Source of the DNA: an uncultured delta proteobacterium
Lineage (GTDB): Bacteria > Desulfobacterota > Desulfuromonadia > Geobacterales > Pseudopelobacteraceae
Assembly: GCA_963772835.1 (NCBI GenBank)
Contig: CAVYYZ010000011.1
Span: 288,001-352,000, forward strand
Direction: 5' to 3'
Length of the DNA: 64,000 bases
Below, in pieces: positions 10,666 through 21,325 of the stretch. The position numbers and the translations under genes were made by a program. Under the pieces are notes generated by a model. It was not told where the DNA came from. It saw only the letters and a list, made by a program, of their open reading frames with translations, and did not search any database. Positions within the stretch are counted from its first letter, which is position 1. Each line of letters opens with the position of its first letter.

Positions 10666-11463
10666 TTAAGCCTTTAATTCCTCTTTGAGACCTTCAATTA
10701 CTGCCTTGACTTCGCCAATCATGTCGGCAGCCTGGGAGGACTTTTCATGTCTGAGGTAGTTTTCAAAATGCAGAATTGCATCGCCCGTACGATCCTGGTC
10801 CATACAAATACCACCCAGTGTCAGGTACGCCATGCTGTAGGACGGGTCACACCGCACAGCTTCAATGCAGGCATCCTCGGCTTCTTCGAGTTCTTCCAGA
10901 TCATAATATAATTCGCCCAGATTAAAATGGGCAGCAGGATCTTCGGGATCAATTTCAACTCCTCTAGTGAAGGCAGCGACAGCACCTTCGACGTCTCCCT
11001 GACCATAAAGAGCATCTCCCAGAGCGTTGAGAGCGAAAACGTTATCCGCTTCAAGCTCGAGCGCCTGTCTAAATGCCCGGATAGCGTCTTCACATCGATC
11101 CTGACTGTTGTAGACCAGGCCGATACTCACGAGAGCATCAGCGTCTTTCGGGTCTATTTCGAGAACTTTTTTATAACAGCCCAGTGATTCTTTATGGTTG
11201 CCCGCTTCGAGCAGCATGTCCCCCAGTGTCGTCAGTGCATCGGCATCATCAGGGGCCAGATTGAGCCCTTCACGGTATCTGGCAATGGCATCTTCAAGGC
11301 GCCCGTCTTCAGCAAATGCATCGCCAAGATAAAACCAGCTGTCCGGTTGGTTTTTATTGCCTTCCCAATAAGCTTCGAAGAGAGAAATTGCCTGTTTTAC
11401 TTCTCCGCGATCGAGAAGATCAAGTCCCTTTTTAACTGTTGCGTCCAACTCAATATCACTCAT
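10666..11463 (-). CDS. Tetratricopeptide repeat protein
   Basis: Repeated 34-aa helical units (LG..A...A...F..ALE.DP). Confidence 0.9.
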   Translation of the reverse strand: MSDIELDATVKKGLDLLDRGEVKQAISLFEAYWEGNKNQPDSWFYLGDAFAEDGRLEDAIARYREGLNLAPDDADALTTLGDMLLEAGNHKESLGCYKKVLEIDPKDADALVSIGLVYNSQDRCEDAIRAFRQALELEADNVFALNALGDALYGQGDVEGAVAAFTRGVEIDPEDPAAHFNLGELYYDLEELEEAEDACIEAVRCDPSYSMAYLTLGGICMDQDRTGDAILHFENYLRHEKSSQAADMIGEVKAVIEGLKEELKA

Positions 11464-11622
11464 GTTCTGTTCCCTTCATTGTCTATATTGTTTATAATTT
11501 CGAACAATATCATATCTGAGTTTAATCGGCAATTGATGCAATTATGCAACAATGAGTTTTAAACATATTTTATTTTATGCTAATATCGGCATGTCTGCCA
11601 CTGGAAAGGAATTTACGACAGT

Positions 11623-13860
11623 ATGAATGCCAGAGTTTCGATGGAAGAAAGGAAAAAAAGATATCGCGAAGCGATTATTATCGTTCTTGCCATCATTCTG
11701 ATTGTTTTTCTGACCCGTGCAGAGATCAGTCTGACCCAGCTAAGTGCAGGCGCCAAACTGGGAAGTAATATTGCTATTTTTGCTGTGATAAATGTAGTCA
11801 TTCTTCTCGTAATTTTACTTGTGTATCTGGTCAGCCGCAATATTGTAAAACTTTTTGTTGAAAGCCGGTCTAACCCCTTTGCAAAAAAACTGCGAACAAA
11901 ACTTGTCCTTTCATTTGTTGCCCTTTCTCTTGTGCCAACACTGTTGCTTTTTTTTGCCGCTGCCGGATTTATAAACAACACCGTTCATAACTGGTTTAAC
12001 GCTCAGGTAGAAACATCTTTAAGCGAGTCGCTTGAGGTCGCACAGACATACTACAAAAGTTCAGCATCGAATTCTCTCTATTACGGTAAACAGATCAGCA
12101 ACTTCATTAAAGATCAAAAACTGCTGAACGAGGCGAATCTCCCGCAGCTCAAAAAGCTGATCCATCAGAAACAGAGTGAATACAATCTCGGAGTGGTTGA
12201 GGTATACTCTGCTCAGCGAGAGGAGTTGGTCAGGGCCTCAAATCCGGCTGTTCCCAAAGGTGAATTTACTAATCCGACATCAGAAGATATCAAGCGAGGT
12301 CTTTCAGGAGAGGAGCTGACAAGGGTCAATCAGGCGGGAAAAGCCGATTTGATCCGGGGAATTGTGCCGGTCCGTTCGACATGGAACGAGTCTGATATTG
12401 TTGGAGTAGTTGTCGTAAATTATTATGTGCCGTATTCGCTTGTAAACAAAATGAAAGAGATCACCGAGTCATATCATGAATTTCGTCAACTCAAAATCCT
12501 GAAAAATCCAATCCGGGCCGGCTACATAATTACTCTTTTTTTAATTGCGATGGTCATTGTCTTTTTTGCATACTGGATGGGAGTCTATCTGGCAAACAGC
12601 ATGACCAAACCGCTTCAGGAACTTGTCGATGCAACCCATGCTGTCGCGGGTGGTAACCTAGATGTCCGGATTGAGTCCTATTCTGTTGATGAAATAGGTA
12701 TGCTGGTGCAATCATTTAATCTAATGACTGAAGACTTACGTACCAAGCAGTCCGCACTGAATATATCAAATCTCGAACTGCTTCGCAGTAATCAGGAAAT
12801 TGAGCGGCGTCAGCAGTACATGGAAATTGTTCTGCGTAATATTGCAGCTGGTGTTATTTCAATTGATAGTGAAGGAATATTACGAACAATAAACACCTCT
12901 GCCGAGCGTTTACTCGGATTAAGTGCCATAAATGTTCTGGGGAAAAATTTCCGCGACGTAATTATTGATAAACACCTCGAAATAGCCACTGACTCCATTA
13001 GAGACCTGTTGCAGTCGAAACAGGGGACGATCAGCAAGCAGGTTTTTCTCGATCTTCGTGGTTCTCGTATGGCTCTGCAGCTGCATTTAACTCTTCTGCG
13101 AGCCGGAAACGGTGAAATACTGGGTATGGTTGCAGTGCTTGATGACCTGACCCAGATGATGCGAGCTCAACGTATGGCCGCGTGGCGTGAGGTTGCCCGC
13201 AGAATAGCCCATGAAATTAAAAACCCTCTTACTCCGATACAGCTTTCTGCCCAACGTCTCAGAAAGCGATATCTTTCACGCTTTGATGACGATGAGAAGG
13301 TCTTTGACGAATGTACAGAAATGATTATTAAATCGGTTGATGATCTGAAAAATCTAGTCAATGAATTTTCAAATTTTGCCCGTTTGCCGGCTATTCAACC
13401 TGAACCAAACGATCTTAACGGTTTGATTCGAGAGTCATTGACACTGTATCAGGAAGCACATAGGGGCGTTCAATTCAAATTCACTATGGATTCCAGGATG
13501 CCGAAATTGATGATTGACCGCGATCAAATCAAGCGTGTGCTGATCAATATACTTGAAAATGCCGTCGCTGCCATGTCAGAGCAGGGGATTGTAACCATTA
13601 CAACGGTCTTTGATGATGTTCTGAAAATGGCGACCATAAACATTGCTGATAATGGTCCAGGTATTTCAGCGGGAGATAAACCGCGTTTGTTTGAACCCTA
13701 CTTTTCAACCAAAAAGAGCGGTACTGGTCTTGGTTTGGCCATAGTGAGCAGTATAGTGACAGATCATGGCGGTTTTGTACGAATTCGTGACAATATGCCG
13801 CACGGAGCCGTATTCATAGTAGAGTTGCCCGTAGGATTAAATGCAGGAATAAATATTTGA
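11623..13860 (+). CDS. NtrY-like HAMP/PAS sensor histidine kinase
   Basis: TM helices, HAMP, PAS, AWREVARRIAHEIKNPLTPIQLSA H-box, DNGPG and GTGLGL boxes. Confidence 0.92.
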   Translation: MNARVSMEERKKRYREAIIIVLAIILIVFLTRAEISLTQLSAGAKLGSNIAIFAVINVVILLVILLVYLVSRNIVKLFVESRSNPFAKKLRTKLVLSFVALSLVPTLLLFFAAAGFINNTVHNWFNAQVETSLSESLEVAQTYYKSSASNSLYYGKQISNFIKDQKLLNEANLPQLKKLIHQKQSEYNLGVVEVYSAQREELVRASNPAVPKGEFTNPTSEDIKRGLSGEELTRVNQAGKADLIRGIVPVRSTWNESDIVGVVVVNYYVPYSLVNKMKEITESYHEFRQLKILKNPIRAGYIITLFLIAMVIVFFAYWMGVYLANSMTKPLQELVDATHAVAGGNLDVRIESYSVDEIGMLVQSFNLMTEDLRTKQSALNISNLELLRSNQEIERRQQYMEIVLRNIAAGVISIDSEGILRTINTSAERLLGLSAINVLGKNFRDVIIDKHLEIATDSIRDLLQSKQGTISKQVFLDLRGSRMALQLHLTLLRAGNGEILGMVAVLDDLTQMMRAQRMAAWREVARRIAHEIKNPLTPIQLSAQRLRKRYLSRFDDDEKVFDECTEMIIKSVDDLKNLVNEFSNFARLPAIQPEPNDLNGLIRESLTLYQEAHRGVQFKFTMDSRMPKLMIDRDQIKRVLINILENAVAAMSEQGIVTITTVFDDVLKMATINIADNGPGISAGDKPRLFEPYFSTKKSGTGLGLAIVSSIVTDHGGFVRIRDNMPHGAVFIVELPVGLNAGINI

Positions 13861-13899
13861 CTATTGCCGCTGTGATTTAAATGATGATGAGGAGTTGTT

Positions 13900-15270
13900 A
13901 TGTACCACACAGTACTGATTATTGATGATGAAAAGGATATCAGAACCGCACTTACCGGGATTCTTGAAGATGAGGGGTATCAAGTCCTGAATGCGGAAAG
14001 TGGCGCCGAAGGTCTCGAAATTGCCCAACAGGAACTTCCTGACCTGATTCTTCTAGATATCTGGATGCCGGGCATGGATGGTCTGGAAGTTCTCGGAATT
14101 CTCAAGAAAGAGCTTCCACAGGTGACTGTCATCATGATTTCCGGACATGGAACGATTGAAACAGCGGTTCGTGCTACTAAGTTGGGTGCTTTTGATTTTA
14201 TCGAAAAGCCGCTTTCACTCGAAAAAGTGCTGATCAGTGTTGCCAATGCATTGCAGTTGCAGGAATTAAAAGTACAAAATGCCGAACTCAAGCGTTCAGT
14301 TTCTGACGATTCTGAAATTATCGGCGAATCTTCTGAAATTATATCCGTTCGGGAGCAAATCAGGCGAGTATCATCAATATCCGCTCCAGTGCTGATTAGC
14401 GGAGAAAACGGTACCGGGAAGGAATTGATAGCATGCTCAATACATTGTAGCAGTCCGAGACGTGAACGACCTTTTATAACGGTACATTGCTCGGCCATTC
14501 CTGAAGAACTTATCGAAAGTGAGCTGTTCGGCCATGAAAAAGGTGCATTTAACGGCGCGATGTCACACAAGAAAGGGCGTTTTGATCAGGCTGACGGCGG
14601 CACACTGCTTTTGGATGAAATAAGCGAACTGCCATTGTCCACCCAAATAAAAATTCTTCGATTTATTCATGATGGCCGTTTTGAGCGAGTCGGCGGTAAC
14701 CGTCGAATTTCTGCAGACATTCGTTTAATTGCAGCTTCCTCCAGGTCACTGGAGCTGGATATGGCGGCGGGCAGATTCAGTTCTGATCTTTTTTATCAAT
14801 TGAGCACCATACCGCTTCGGGCTCCGGCTTTACGTGATCGTTTGGAAGATGTCGGGGCTCTCGTCCAGCATTTTGTTGCTCAATTTTTTCGTCGGGAAGG
14901 AGGAGAAGCAAAGGCTTTTCTACCCGATGCGATTTGCAGACTCCAGAGATATTCGTGGCCTGGCAATCTCCGCGAATTAAAGAATGTTGTGGAGCGGTTA
15001 CTTATCATGACACCTGGACGTGTTCTTTCTGCCGATGATATTCCCCGTTTTTCTGGAGAGCCGGAAGCACCTCTCCCCTCAATGGGTGGAGCTCTTTCGC
15101 GGTCAGCGTTGCGGGACGCCCGGGAGGAATTTGAGCGCGAGTTCATTATTCACAAACTGGAGGAAAACGACTGGAATATTTCCCGCACTGCTGAACTGAT
15201 TGACCTGGAACGGAGCAATTTACATCGTAAAATAAAAAGTTACGGGATAGATGTACGGAGACAATATTAA
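13900..15270 (+). CDS. NtrX-like response regulator (REC-AAA-HTH) with degenerate AAA motifs
   Basis: LDIWMPGMDG receiver, GENGTGKE, ESELFGHEKGAFNGA, Fis-type HTH; directly follows the NtrY-like kinase. Confidence 0.9.
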   Translation: MYHTVLIIDDEKDIRTALTGILEDEGYQVLNAESGAEGLEIAQQELPDLILLDIWMPGMDGLEVLGILKKELPQVTVIMISGHGTIETAVRATKLGAFDFIEKPLSLEKVLISVANALQLQELKVQNAELKRSVSDDSEIIGESSEIISVREQIRRVSSISAPVLISGENGTGKELIACSIHCSSPRRERPFITVHCSAIPEELIESELFGHEKGAFNGAMSHKKGRFDQADGGTLLLDEISELPLSTQIKILRFIHDGRFERVGGNRRISADIRLIAASSRSLELDMAAGRFSSDLFYQLSTIPLRAPALRDRLEDVGALVQHFVAQFFRREGGEAKAFLPDAICRLQRYSWPGNLRELKNVVERLLIMTPGRVLSADDIPRFSGEPEAPLPSMGGALSRSALRDAREEFEREFIIHKLEENDWNISRTAELIDLERSNLHRKIKSYGIDVRRQY

Positions 15271-16610
15271 TGCTGTCAGCCTTTAAAATCCGCTCTGCCA
15301 AGCTGCTGCTCTGCGTCATATTAGTTGCAACTGCCAGCATAGCCGCTCTTTTCTACGGTCGTTGGTACATACAAAATTCTACACCTGATATAAATTCGCT
15401 AAATCTATTACGCGAAGCGTATGCAGTTGTACTTGCAAACCATGTTGAAAAACCTGATCCTAAAAAACTGGTACTTAAAATGGTCGACGGTATGCTTGCC
15501 ACACTCGACCCGCATAGCGCCTATCTACCTCCCGAGCCATATCACGAGATGGAAGTTAATATGTCGGGTTCTTTTGGTGGTGTCGGTATTGAACTCGGTA
15601 CAAAAGAGGGCAAGTTGATGGTTATTGCCCCGATCGATGATACACCAGCCTTCCGGGCTGGAATACAGGCCAATGACCACATCTGGAAGATCGATGGTAC
15701 TTTGACTAATGGAATGAATATTTCTGCAGCTGTTAAGCTGATGCGGGGAGAGAAAGGGACACCGGTCACTCTGACCATAATCCGCTCAGAGAACTCCCGG
15801 CCGCTTATTATTAAACTTGTTCGCGACACAATAAAATTGAAAAGTCTGAAACCAAAATTGCTTGAATCAGGATATGGATACATCCGGATATCTCAGTTTC
15901 AGGAGCGTACCGGAAATGAGTTCAAAGAGGCGTTGCAAGAACTTCATACAAAATCCGGCGGATCTTTTAAGGGGTTGATTCTTGATCTGCGTTATAATCC
16001 TGGCGGCTTGATACATTCATGCGTCGAGGTAGTCAATTGCTTTCTCGGCGATGATATACACAATACTGCGATCGTTAGTACCCGGGGACGATCGCCCGAA
16101 TCCAATCGAGTATACAATGCGACGTTGGGAAATAAGGAACCAAGATACCCGATTGTAGTACTTATTAACGGCGGAAGTGCCAGCGCATCCGAAATTGTTG
16201 CCGGAGCTCTGCAGGACCATAAACGTGCAATCATTATGGGCACACAGAGTTTCGGTAAAGGGTCTGTTCAATCAATCTTTCCGATGAGGGGTAATGCCGC
16301 TCTCAAGCTGACAACCGCTCGCTATTATACTCCGAGTGGCCGTTCAATTCAGGCCAAAGGGATTGTTCCGGATGTAGAGGTGCCAAACATAATTCCGTTG
16401 CCGGTAAAAGAGAAGGGTATGGAGGTCACGGAGAAAAATCTGGAAAGGAGTTTTGCTTCTGAAGACAAGGAGGTCGCTCCGCAACCAAAGTTTCAAGAGT
16501 CGCTTCATGGTGCAGCAGCCAAAGATACTGACCTGCGGAAAGATTATCAGCTTAGTCGGGCAGTCGAGTTGTTGCATTCCCTCACATTACTGAAGGAAAA
16601 AGGGTATTAA
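15270..16610 (+). CDS. S41 carboxy-terminal processing protease (CtpA-like)
   Basis: LDPHSAY, PDZ domain, LDLRYNPGG, SASASEI, GKGSVQ. Confidence 0.93.
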   Translation: MLSAFKIRSAKLLLCVILVATASIAALFYGRWYIQNSTPDINSLNLLREAYAVVLANHVEKPDPKKLVLKMVDGMLATLDPHSAYLPPEPYHEMEVNMSGSFGGVGIELGTKEGKLMVIAPIDDTPAFRAGIQANDHIWKIDGTLTNGMNISAAVKLMRGEKGTPVTLTIIRSENSRPLIIKLVRDTIKLKSLKPKLLESGYGYIRISQFQERTGNEFKEALQELHTKSGGSFKGLILDLRYNPGGLIHSCVEVVNCFLGDDIHNTAIVSTRGRSPESNRVYNATLGNKEPRYPIVVLINGGSASASEIVAGALQDHKRAIIMGTQSFGKGSVQSIFPMRGNAALKLTTARYYTPSGRSIQAKGIVPDVEVPNIIPLPVKEKGMEVTEKNLERSFASEDKEVAPQPKFQESLHGAAAKDTDLRKDYQLSRAVELLHSLTLLKEKGY

Positions 16611-16633
16611 CCGCTCCCATATGCGACAGGTAA

Positions 16634-16864
16634 TCAGCTTAACCCGCGGTTTCTGAACACTCTCATCAGAAGAACTCCCATGATCGAGAGACAAAGACCA
16701 ACACAAAGGAGCAGGTAGCCTATTGACCGTCCTTCACCCCATCCCCACAGATCCTTGTTTTTCATGAAATATATCAAGGCAAAGCCGCCAAAAGTGCCGA
16801 CTCCTCCGATAATGTAGGCTGCAAAGGCAATAACTGCCAGACCGACTCCCTGTTTTTTAGCCAT
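16634..16864 (-). CDS. Small two-TM hypothetical membrane protein
   Basis: 76 aa, two hydrophobic helices, GAGG RBS, in line with trpC. Confidence 0.7.
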   Translation of the reverse strand: MAKKQGVGLAVIAFAAYIIGGVGTFGGFALIYFMKNKDLWGWGEGRSIGYLLLCVGLCLSIMGVLLMRVFRNRGLS

Positions 16865-16882
16865 GTGTTACCTCTTACTCTC

Positions 16883-17689
16883 TCAGTCGTTCAATAATTC
16901 CCGCAGTTTTGCCCCAATATCACACTCCCGCATCAATGCTTCACCGATCAGAAATGCACCGGCTCCTTCGCCCTGCAGCCGGACTATATCAGTACGACTA
17001 TTGATGCCGCTTTCAGTTACCAGCAGACGATCTGCAGAGATCATGAGGGCCAGACGACCGGTTGTTCCAAGATCGGTCTCAAATGTCCTCAAATTTCGAT
17101 TGTTGACGCCAATAAGAGTGCAGTCGGTTTTTAAAGCTTTTTCCATCTCTGCTTCATCGTGAACTTCGAGCAGTACATCAAGATTAATGTCTTTAGCTAT
17201 AGCATAAAACTCGCGCAACTGGTTCAGATCAAGTATTGATGCGATTAACAGTATCGCATCAGCTCCTGCGGCACGAGCCTCAAATATCTGGTATGGATTA
17301 CAGATGAAGTCCTTGCGCAAAAGAGGCAGGGATACCGTCTCACGAATAAGAGACAGGTAACGTAAATGCCCCATGAAAAAAGTTTCGTCGGTCAGTACCG
17401 AGAGACAGGTCGCGCCATTTTGTTGGTAAACCTCTGCAATCTCTATTGGATCAAAGTTTTCGCGGATAACTCCCTTACTCGGCGATCCCTTCTTGACTTC
17501 GGCAATGATTGCCGTCCAGTCTGAAGCAGCCGCTTCGCGCAGATGACGTTCAAAACCGCGTGGAAGATCCTCGAGGTCGCTGATGCGGGACTTTAGTTCG
17601 CTGATGGGTGCGATTGCCATTGTGGCTGCAATCTCTTTTAATTTGTGGGCGACAATTTTCTTAAGGATGTCGGGCGTATCGGTAGTCAT
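16883..17689 (-). CDS. trpC: Indole-3-glycerol phosphate synthase
   Basis: IAEVKKGSPSKG, LSVLTD, LRKDF, GVNNRNL, ESGI. Confidence 0.97.
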   Translation of the reverse strand: MTTDTPDILKKIVAHKLKEIAATMAIAPISELKSRISDLEDLPRGFERHLREAAASDWTAIIAEVKKGSPSKGVIRENFDPIEIAEVYQQNGATCLSVLTDETFFMGHLRYLSLIRETVSLPLLRKDFICNPYQIFEARAAGADAILLIASILDLNQLREFYAIAKDINLDVLLEVHDEAEMEKALKTDCTLIGVNNRNLRTFETDLGTTGRLALMISADRLLVTESGINSRTDIVRLQGEGAGAFLIGEALMRECDIGAKLRELLND

Positions 17690-17707
17690 GTGAAGATATT
17701 CTCCCTA

Positions 17708-18763
17708 TTACTGCACATTAGTCAACATCGCCAGCTTTTCCAGTTGCTGCAATGCCCGGCCAGAATCGATAGACTCGGCAGCCAGAATCATACCTTCTGC
17801 CGGTGTGGAAGCTTTTCCTGCGGCCACAAGAGCAAAACCGGCATTCAGGAGGACAATATCTCTCCGCGGTCCCCGTCCACCGCCAAGTACGATTTTTACT
17901 ATCTCGGCGTTAGCAAATGCATCGCCGCCTTTGAGGTCAGCCATCGTACAGCGAGTAAAGCCAAACTGCTCCGGAGTGATGCTACTCAGCGTGACACCAG
18001 CCTGAGTAACCTCAGCTACCATGGTTTCACCGGTTAAAGTCATCTCGTCCATGCCGTCTGAGCCATGAACCACAAAACCGTGGCGGCATCCCAACTTGTG
18101 TAGAACACCGGCAAGTTTTTCTACCAGATCATCACGATAGACCCCCATCACCTGACAGTCGGCTTTGGCAGGGTTGGTCAAAGGACCTAGGATATTAAAA
18201 ATTGTACGGATGCCTATCTCTCGACGCGGGCCGATGGCATGTTTCATTGCACCATGCAGAGCGGGGGCAAAGAGGAAGCCTATACCGATCTGGTCAATGC
18301 AGCTCTCTACCGTTATGGGTGGTACCTCCAGATTGATGCCAAGTCTCTCCAGCACGTCTGCACTTCCGCACGCTGAAGATACCGAGCGGTTGCCATGTTT
18401 CGCTACCTTGACACCGCAGGCTGATACAACGAAGGCCACGGTTGTTGAAATGTTAAAGGTGTTGGTACCGTCTCCGCCGGTTCCGACTACATCCAGAATA
18501 GTTTCCCGGTCAATATTGATATCGTCACGGTCAATCCCCAGCACCCCTTTACCAACATTGATCGGTGTGGCCCGCTCCCGCATGACGCGTGCCGCGCCGG
18601 TAATCTCCTCGACAGTTTCACCTTTCATTCGAAGGGCGGTAATGAATGCACCGATCTGGGACGGGGTGCACTCACCAGACATTATCTGATTCATAACCTC
18701 GATCATCTCGCCTTCGGTCAGATCTTCACGGTCGACAACTTTAGCGATGGCTTTTTTTATCAT
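17708..18763 (-). CDS. trpD: Anthranilate phosphoribosyltransferase
   Basis: [47 protein letters not shown] before ATG 18763. Confidence 0.97.
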   Translation of the reverse strand: MIKKAIAKVVDREDLTEGEMIEVMNQIMSGECTPSQIGAFITALRMKGETVEEITGAARVMRERATPINVGKGVLGIDRDDINIDRETILDVVGTGGDGTNTFNISTTVAFVVSACGVKVAKHGNRSVSSACGSADVLERLGINLEVPPITVESCIDQIGIGFLFAPALHGAMKHAIGPRREIGIRTIFNILGPLTNPAKADCQVMGVYRDDLVEKLAGVLHKLGCRHGFVVHGSDGMDEMTLTGETMVAEVTQAGVTLSSITPEQFGFTRCTMADLKGGDAFANAEIVKIVLGGGRGPRRDIVLLNAGFALVAAGKASTPAEGMILAAESIDSGRALQQLEKLAMLTNVQ

Positions 18764-18831
18764 TTTTGTACCTCCATACGAAAAGAGGGGATGTTGCCAT
18801 CCCCTCACGGTTGTTATGTCAGCAAGAGGAA

Positions 18832-19983
18832 TTATGCCTCTGCTTTGATCTTTCGGATAGCCTCACGAATCAAGGCTTCAGCCAGATCAGGAACCACTTC
18901 CCAAACGATTCGCTGTATGATTTCCTTTGATGCGTTAGATATGGCAGCTTTTAATTGTTCTTCTGTCAGAGAATCGGGACGAGTGCTTACGACGGGGGTT
19001 GGTATTTCAGTGAAAGTTTTTGATTCCAGCGCGGTCGATTCTTCATAGGTCGGAAGCTGAGTGGCAATATCGGCTAAATCAGGAGCAGAAACGGTGAATT
19101 CCGGATCCTGGACTGGTGAGAAAACCGGTGTTCCCGGAGTTGTTGTGTTATTTTCAAAAGCAATATCACCAAAAGATGATTCCTGGTCCGGGACCATCTG
19201 CTCCGTCAAGGTCCTCAGAGGAGGGACAGCAACTGTTTCTTCTTCGAATTCAAACGTGTTTTCCTCAACCGGTACCCATTTGGATCCGGTATGTTGTGGC
19301 GATATATTTGCCGGAACAGAGGTGTTTAGAAGCTGCGCATCATTTTCTTCGGTGACTATAGCAAATACATCCGGTTCAAACTCTACTGCAGAAGTAGCTG
19401 AATCTGCAGTAGTGACATTTGGTTCAACTGACGTTTCAACCTCAGGTGTAAAGGCCCCCCATATATCATCCGGAACTGCTGGTTGTGAAACTTCTGGCTG
19501 ATGGATACTATCCGGCGCCACAAAAACGGCAGCAGTAACTTCAGGAGCTTGTTCGCTGAACATTTCAAGGCCATGTTGCGGAGGTGAGATAAACGATGCT
19601 GCTTCTCTGGAGGCTCCTAATTCCAGGAGCGCCTTTACTTTGGCGATTATTTGCTGCGACTCAAACGGTTTGGATATAAAATCATCAGCGCCGCTTTTTT
19701 TTGCTTTTTCCTCGTCAAATGCTTCAAATGATCCTGTCAGGATTAAAATTGGTTTGGCAGCCAGAGAGGGAGTCGAGCGCACAGCTTCCGCCACTTCGAA
19801 ACCGGTCATTCCGGGCATCAGAGCATCGATCAGTAAAATATCCGGATTGATTTCATGTGCCTTATCAACAGCGGCTTTGCCGTTATCAACGATTGTTAGA
19901 GAGTATTCGTCTCCTCCAAAAATTATACCGATTACTTTCTGGATGGTGATACTGTCGTCGGCGACCAGCACTTTAATGCTCAT
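18832..19983 (-). CDS. RomR-like response regulator (receiver, acidic/Pro-rich linker, conserved C-terminal helix)
   Basis: [12 protein letters not shown] receiver; low-complexity linker; [27 protein letters not shown]-terminus. Confidence 0.75.
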   Translation of the reverse strand: MSIKVLVADDSITIQKVIGIIFGGDEYSLTIVDNGKAAVDKAHEINPDILLIDALMPGMTGFEVAEAVRSTPSLAAKPILILTGSFEAFDEEKAKKSGADDFISKPFESQQIIAKVKALLELGASREAASFISPPQHGLEMFSEQAPEVTAAVFVAPDSIHQPEVSQPAVPDDIWGAFTPEVETSVEPNVTTADSATSAVEFEPDVFAIVTEENDAQLLNTSVPANISPQHTGSKWVPVEENTFEFEEETVAVPPLRTLTEQMVPDQESSFGDIAFENNTTTPGTPVFSPVQDPEFTVSAPDLADIATQLPTYEESTALESKTFTEIPTPVVSTRPDSLTEEQLKAAISNASKEIIQRIVWEVVPDLAEALIREAIRKIKAEA

Positions 19984-20056
19984 CGAACCCTCCCTTGCTG
20001 AATGGATACGCAAGAATAATTAATGCGGAAACAACTATCACAGGCGCAATAACGTG

Positions 20057-21244
20057 TCAAGGCATTAGCGTTTCAGGGGTTTTCATGCTGTTGGTAATCT
20101 CTTCAGCAATCTTTGGAGAAGAAAATATGGAAACGGCCAAACTCGAAATATCCCTCCGCAACTGGCTAAACTGGCGTACGTTTGTATAGTCAAGGCGCAC
20201 AGTTAAAAGAATAACATATAAATCCTGTTCGGGGTCAATCCAGATTGATGAACCGCTGTACCCGGTGTGGCCGTATGACATGTCAGAAAAATAGTCTCCG
20301 CGGGGTGACGAAAATGGAGAGTTGATGTCCCACCCCAGACCCCTGATAATTTTTCCGTTATTATAAAAGTAGGGAGATGTCATCTGGGTTATGACACGCT
20401 CTTTGAAAATGCGAATCCCGCTGTATGTTCCTTTGTTAAGGATCATGGTTGCAAATCTGCTCAAATCACTGGCAGTACTGAATAGTCCGGCATGTCCAGC
20501 CACTCCGTTAAAACGCTGCGCATTAACATCCTGTACAACCCCGGCTTTCAGAATTCTGTTCATTCCTGCCGTTGGTGCGATAACGGCAAAATCTGCCAGT
20601 GGTAGAAAGGTTGTATCTGCCATGCCGGTAGGAGCATAAATAAATTCAGCGCAATATCTGTCTAACGGGATGTGGGCTGCACGTTTTACCAGTTCCCCGA
20701 GTAGTATGAAGTTAATGTCAGCATAACGAAAGCGATTTCCGGGCAAGGTTCCCTTGTTTTGAATAATCATTTTTTTTATTAAACTCTTCAGCGGTTCTTC
20801 AGCTGAAATTTCAACATCATTCAGTCCGGACGTATGTGTGAGTAAATTAAGAATCGTTATCTCTTCACAATCTGTTCCTTCAAGCTCAGGGAACCAGCGG
20901 GTTAATGGATCAAGCAGGGTAATTGTTCCCTGTTCGAGTAGTTTCATGATGGCAGGAGCAGTTGCAATGACCTTGGTGAGAGATGCGATGTCAAAGAGCG
21001 TCCGCTCCGAAAGCAGGGGGAGGGCGGCATCCGGATACAACCGGCCTTGCGCGGTGGCGTAAAGCTGGCCGGTATGATTGCCAACAACTACAACTGCACC
21101 GGAAATCATACCGCGCCGGATAGCATTTTCCAGTATGACGTCGATAGATATGGCACGCCCGAAATCCATCAGATCATCAGCAGCGGAGAGTGTGGGCGAA
21201 AGCGAAATGAATACGGCGATAAGGATAAAGCGGAAAATAATCAC
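20057..21244 (-). CDS. Serine hydrolase, beta-lactamase class C-like, secreted
   Basis: FDIASLTK (SxxK), LLTHTSG, FRYADINF, GHTGYSG; signal peptide after GTG 21244 (track start lies inside a terminator). Confidence 0.88.
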   Translation of the reverse strand: MIIFRFILIAVFISLSPTLSAADDLMDFGRAISIDVILENAIRRGMISGAVVVVGNHTGQLYATAQGRLYPDAALPLLSERTLFDIASLTKVIATAPAIMKLLEQGTITLLDPLTRWFPELEGTDCEEITILNLLTHTSGLNDVEISAEEPLKSLIKKMIIQNKGTLPGNRFRYADINFILLGELVKRAAHIPLDRYCAEFIYAPTGMADTTFLPLADFAVIAPTAGMNRILKAGVVQDVNAQRFNGVAGHAGLFSTASDLSRFATMILNKGTYSGIRIFKERVITQMTSPYFYNNGKIIRGLGWDINSPFSSPRGDYFSDMSYGHTGYSGSSIWIDPEQDLYVILLTVRLDYTNVRQFSQLRRDISSLAVSIFSSPKIAEEITNSMKTPETLMP

Positions 21245-21273
21245 GGGTTCGCTCTGTTGCTCTTTCTTACGAC

Positions 21274-21298
21274 AAAAAAGCCTCCGCATGCGGAGGCT
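21274..21298 (-). terminator. Rho-independent terminator after argJ
   Basis: AGCCTCCGCATGCGGAGGCT inverted repeat followed by a T-run on the minus strand. Confidence 0.8.
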
Positions 21299-21325
21299 GA
21301 AGGATGAAAAAAACTTCCGGAAAGG

